A stretch of DNA of 64,000 bases from Cyanophora paradoxa CCMP329. Its lineage: Eukaryota; Plantae; Glaucophyta. Under the pieces are notes generated by a model, which searched no databases, was not told the DNA's origin, and was given only the letters and a program-made list of their open reading frames with translations. This document shows, one piece after another, positions 60,932 to 64,000 of the stretch (the stretch's first letter is position 1; each line of letters begins with the position of its first letter). The stretch covers positions 157,077-221,076 of the forward strand of contig QPMI01000579.1 in assembly GCA_004431415.1 (NCBI GenBank), read 5' to 3'. The translations under genes were made by a program, and so were the position numbers.

Positions 60932-62600
60932 TTTTTTTTTTTGAGAGACTACGGTGGGGCGAACCCCCCGTAGGTAGTGATATTAAAGACAACAAAGCAA
61001 TCACAAATCAAAGATACAGTAAACTAGCACAAAATATATACAGAATCAAGAGGGATCACGAGAAGGGACACGATCAGAAGAACGCAAAAGATAAGGAGAA
61101 CGAGCACGAAGAGAAGGAGTAGAAGAGCTCAAGGGCGTCGATGCAGAAGTACTAGTCACACTAGAACGACGAGGAGCACGGGGACGCAGCAAATAAGGAG
61201 AACGAGCACGAGGAACTACAGTCGAAGACGAAGATCTAGACGAAGACGACAAGACAGAGCTAACAGCAGAACTAGAAGACGTAGTCGCAGGAGGCAAAGG
61301 CGGTAGAACAGTAGGAGAGGCGAAACGTAGGACACCACTAGAGGGGAAAGTCGAAGCTGGCGGAGTGTCTAAACGGAATCGAGATTGTAGAGTTGGTAAA
61401 ACAATGGACGGCTGAAGACTAATCTGAGGAACTGGGGACGACACGAGGAAAGGGGCAGAGCTCGGGTGCAGACTCGGAATCGGCAGTATAAGAGGAGGGG
61501 CGAAACGCAAGCCAGTAGTGACAGGGAAGGCAGACGATGGGGCTGAACCAGGCGGGAGAGGCAAATATAGCGAAGTAGAAGAGAGAGAAGGGTACACACG
61601 AGGAACGTCACCATACACAAAATACTCGCTGCCAAAAACTATACGGTCTGACGGTCGCTGAAGATAAAGAGGCGGAACTGCCTGAGGGCTAACAGTGAGA
61701 GATGGAGGAGGAAGAGGCAGAGCTAACGACAAAGGGAACGGAATCAAAGGTACAGGGAAGGCATGGAATACACGAGGAACTGGAAGGTGGAGGGGGCCAG
61801 TGCTCCTAACTAACATCGATGAAGCATCTGATGGAGGTGACGGCAAAACAACTGAGGGTAAACTAAGTTGAGGTGAAGCGAAGATTGATACAAGACTATC
61901 ATGAATCAAAGGGGCCATGCAGGAACCGGCGGGCGAGGTGGATCTGGCGGGACAGCCAGAGGGGAAGCCGAAGGTACAGGAGAGGAAAGCCGCAGGCGCC
62001 GAGACACATGGACAGGGGACGGATCGGCATCGGGAGGCAAGGTTGAATTCGACGGAGACCGGGGCGGCGGATTCGTGAAACGGAAGGTATCAGAGAAGGA
62101 CTAGGGGGGGCAGGGAAGTACGGAGCCGCTGAGCAGGTGGCGACGGTGAGGGTGCAGGGGAGCGAATCCGTCGCAAAGTCGGAACAGGCTGACGGGGCTC
62201 GGCATATGTAGCCGCAGCTGCAGGAGCTGGAGCAAGCACTGGGGTGCCGGATCCGGAGACTGGAGGCGGGGGCGCTGGGCAGGAGGCACAGGATCTGGAG
62301 GATTCTCTGAACTAGAGGGGGTTCGAGGTCGGCGAACGCCACGGGCGTTAGCAGGATGTTTATCAGCCCGAACATGACGGTCACGATCAGCAGAAGACTG
62401 AAAGTTCTTCCCACAAATAGGGCATATTAATGTGGAGGCAGAAGCGGCGCTAGCGCTAGCATCGGCAGACGAGCTCAAACGAGAACTCGAGGGAGCCGGG
62501 ACCGAAGCTGTATCAGCGCTAGCAGATGGCCTCGCAATGTGCTGAACTTGAGGATTCACGCCGACGCCATTAACTGTAGCAGCATAGCTAGTTCTACAGT
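60932..62600 (-). mobile_element. Degenerate poly(A)-tailed element remnant (non-LTR/Penelope-like?) encoding a C2H2-finger, Pro/Ser-rich protein
   Basis: Minus strand ends in stem-loop ctacggggggttcgccccaccgtag + tctctc + A11 (plus-strand T11 at 60932-60942). Broken reading frames 62101-62559 (CPICGKNFQSSADRDRHVRADKH) and 61046-61918. No RT or endonuclease visible. Confidence 0.5.
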
Positions 62601-62617
62601 ATACATGTTGCCAACAT

Positions 62618-62921
62618 GTTCTAGTGTGACTAGTACTAGTACTTCTAGATCTGCGTCGACGTCGACCGTCGGACGTCCTTGATCATGATCATGAGCTCTT
62701 CTACTCGGAGACTACTCCTTCGAAAAATTCTCCTCGTGCTCGTTCTCCTTATCTTTTGCGTTCTTCTAGATCTGATCGTGTCCCTTCTCGTGATCCCTCT
62801 TGATTCTGTATTTTGTGCTACTCAGTGACTTTACTGTATCTTTGATTTGTGATTGCTTTGTTGTCCTTAATATCACTACCTACGGGGGGTTCGCCCCACC
62901 GTAGTCTCTCAAAAAAAAAAA
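62618..62921 (+). repeat. Inverted, footprint-riddled copy of the element's 3' end
   Basis: Reverse complement of 60932-61167, ending in the same stem-loop (62880-62904) and A11 (62911-62921), with about 8 short insertions. Confidence 0.9.
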
Positions 62922-63180
62922 TACTAGTACTCAGTGACTACTACGAGTAGGCTAGTACGTTACTGCATGTACTAGTATACAAAGCCTCGCAGGGACTCGC
63001 TTGTACAAAGCCTTTCGAATTCGGACATCGGACCGGGCGGAGCTCGGTCCACTCCGCTCTCTGAAATGCATGATTCTAGACTCTTAGAGTGTGCGAGTCT
63101 GCAGCTGTGGCCATGGCCAGCGCGGCTGCGCATGCCGCAACGCGATCGCGAGGGGCCCGCCGGGCCCGCCGGGCCAGGGG

Positions 63181-64000
63181 CTACACGAAGAGGAGGGCCG
63201 AGAGGCGCTTGCGGCCGGCGACGGAGACCGGGTGGCTCGCTCCCAGCGCCTCAAACACCTGCTGCCCGCGTCGGGCGCGGGGGGGAGGCGGCCTGCAGTT
63301 GCGCATGCATGTGCGGGGCGGGCGCGCGCCTTCAGGAGGAGTTTCTTGGCCGCCTGGTCGTTCCAGCCCTTCCCTTTCTTCACGAGCTCCAGCGCCGTCT
63401 CTGTGCAAGGGGCATCCGATCGTGCCCAGGGAGCGCGGGTAACGAGGGGTACGGGCGCGGACCGACGGCCTTCTCGGCGCTGCCCGTGAGAAAAAGGGCG
63501 ACCGCCAAGCGGTACCGCGCCTCGTGGTTCCCCGCGTTCCCCGCCACCGTCCCCTGGGGGTACGGGTGTCGGGAGGGGCGGCAGGGGTACAGGGCCCGGG
63601 GCGGCGCGCCTGGAGCTCGGAAAGCTGCCCGCGGAGCTTCACGACGTCCATCCCTGGGGGGAATTGAGCTTGCAGGGTGGTGCGGGAGACTTGCGGGGGG
63701 TACCGGCGGCGGCGGCGAGATCGGCGACGTCGACGGCGGCGATCGCGCGCGCGACCTGCCACGCTGCTCGGGGTACGGGATTAAACGGGGTACGGGGCGT
63801 CGCGCCTCGGGGGGCGTCTCGTTGTTCTGGGGCAGTTTGCGGAGGTTTGATGCGAGGCTGCGTCCGCTTTAGCAGAGGGGGGAGGGGCAGGGCGTAGGCG
63901 CCCCGGGGTACGCGCACGTGCGGGCGGCCTCGAGGTTCCCTTCGGCGATCGCGCACATCGCTGCGGGGCGGGCTCGGCGTCCCCGCGGCGGCCCGGGCGG
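63181..64000 (-). CDS. CnoX/YbbN-like thioredoxin-TPR chaperone, C-terminal TPR region (5' part beyond the window)
   Basis: Exons 63918-63960, 63806-63857, 63704-63755, 63610-63653, 63463-63553, 63330-63400 and 63181-63258 splice with consistent phases to ...MCAIAEGNLEAARTLASNLRKLPQNNETPPEVARAIAAVDVADLAAAAGMDVVKLRGQLSELQGTVAGNAGNHEARYRLAVALFLTGSAEKAVETALELVKKGKGWNDQAAKKLLLKVFEALGASHPVSVAGRKRLSALLFV*. The W-x-D-x-x-A-(R/K)-K-x-LL-x-x-F-x-ALG...RxRLSxLLF end is typical of YbbN/CnoX. The thioredoxin part is not in the window. Confidence 0.85.

Noticed and set aside
63066-63872. 268-aa plus-strand ORF
   Set aside because: Antisense to the spliced CnoX-like gene; Arg/Gly/Ala-rich with no domain.

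Overview
Eukaryotic, GC-rich, intron-dense DNA (protist/alga-like; short GT-AG and GC-AG introns). (1) 1-35,256, minus strand: one giant multi-exon gene that runs off the left edge. It encodes a secreted/surface protein with a predicted signal peptide and about 20 tandem [Ig-like + legume-lectin/ConA-like] modules carrying Trp/Tyr/Arg-rich variable loops, plus IPT/TIG, two jelly-roll and two GON-like domains. A ~7.47-kb block of it is tandemly repeated about 2.4 times. (2) 35.4-38.1 kb: palindrome-saturated upstream DNA with two small TA-flanked MITEs. (3) 38,134-60,629: a 22.5-kb head-to-tail concatemer of about 12 non-autonomous Helentron/Helitron2-type elements with internal ~149-bp satellite repeats. 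(4) 60.9-62.9 kb: a poly(A)-tailed element remnant with an inverted partial copy. (5) 63,181 to the right edge: the 3' part of a CnoX/YbbN-like TPR gene with three GC-AG introns. The most striking signal comes from comparing paralogous copies. A pervasive, stereotyped micro-insertion converts a triplet XYZ to XYZ-rc(XYZ)-XYZ (+6) or XYZ-C-rc(XYZ)-G-XYZ (+8). This is what hairpin-mediated excision of a 3-bp-TSD, C...G-ended (CACTA/EnSpm-like) transposon would leave. It has hit some sites repeatedly, saturated intergenic DNA and added two codons to an exon. Domain calls are by eye; no database searches were run.
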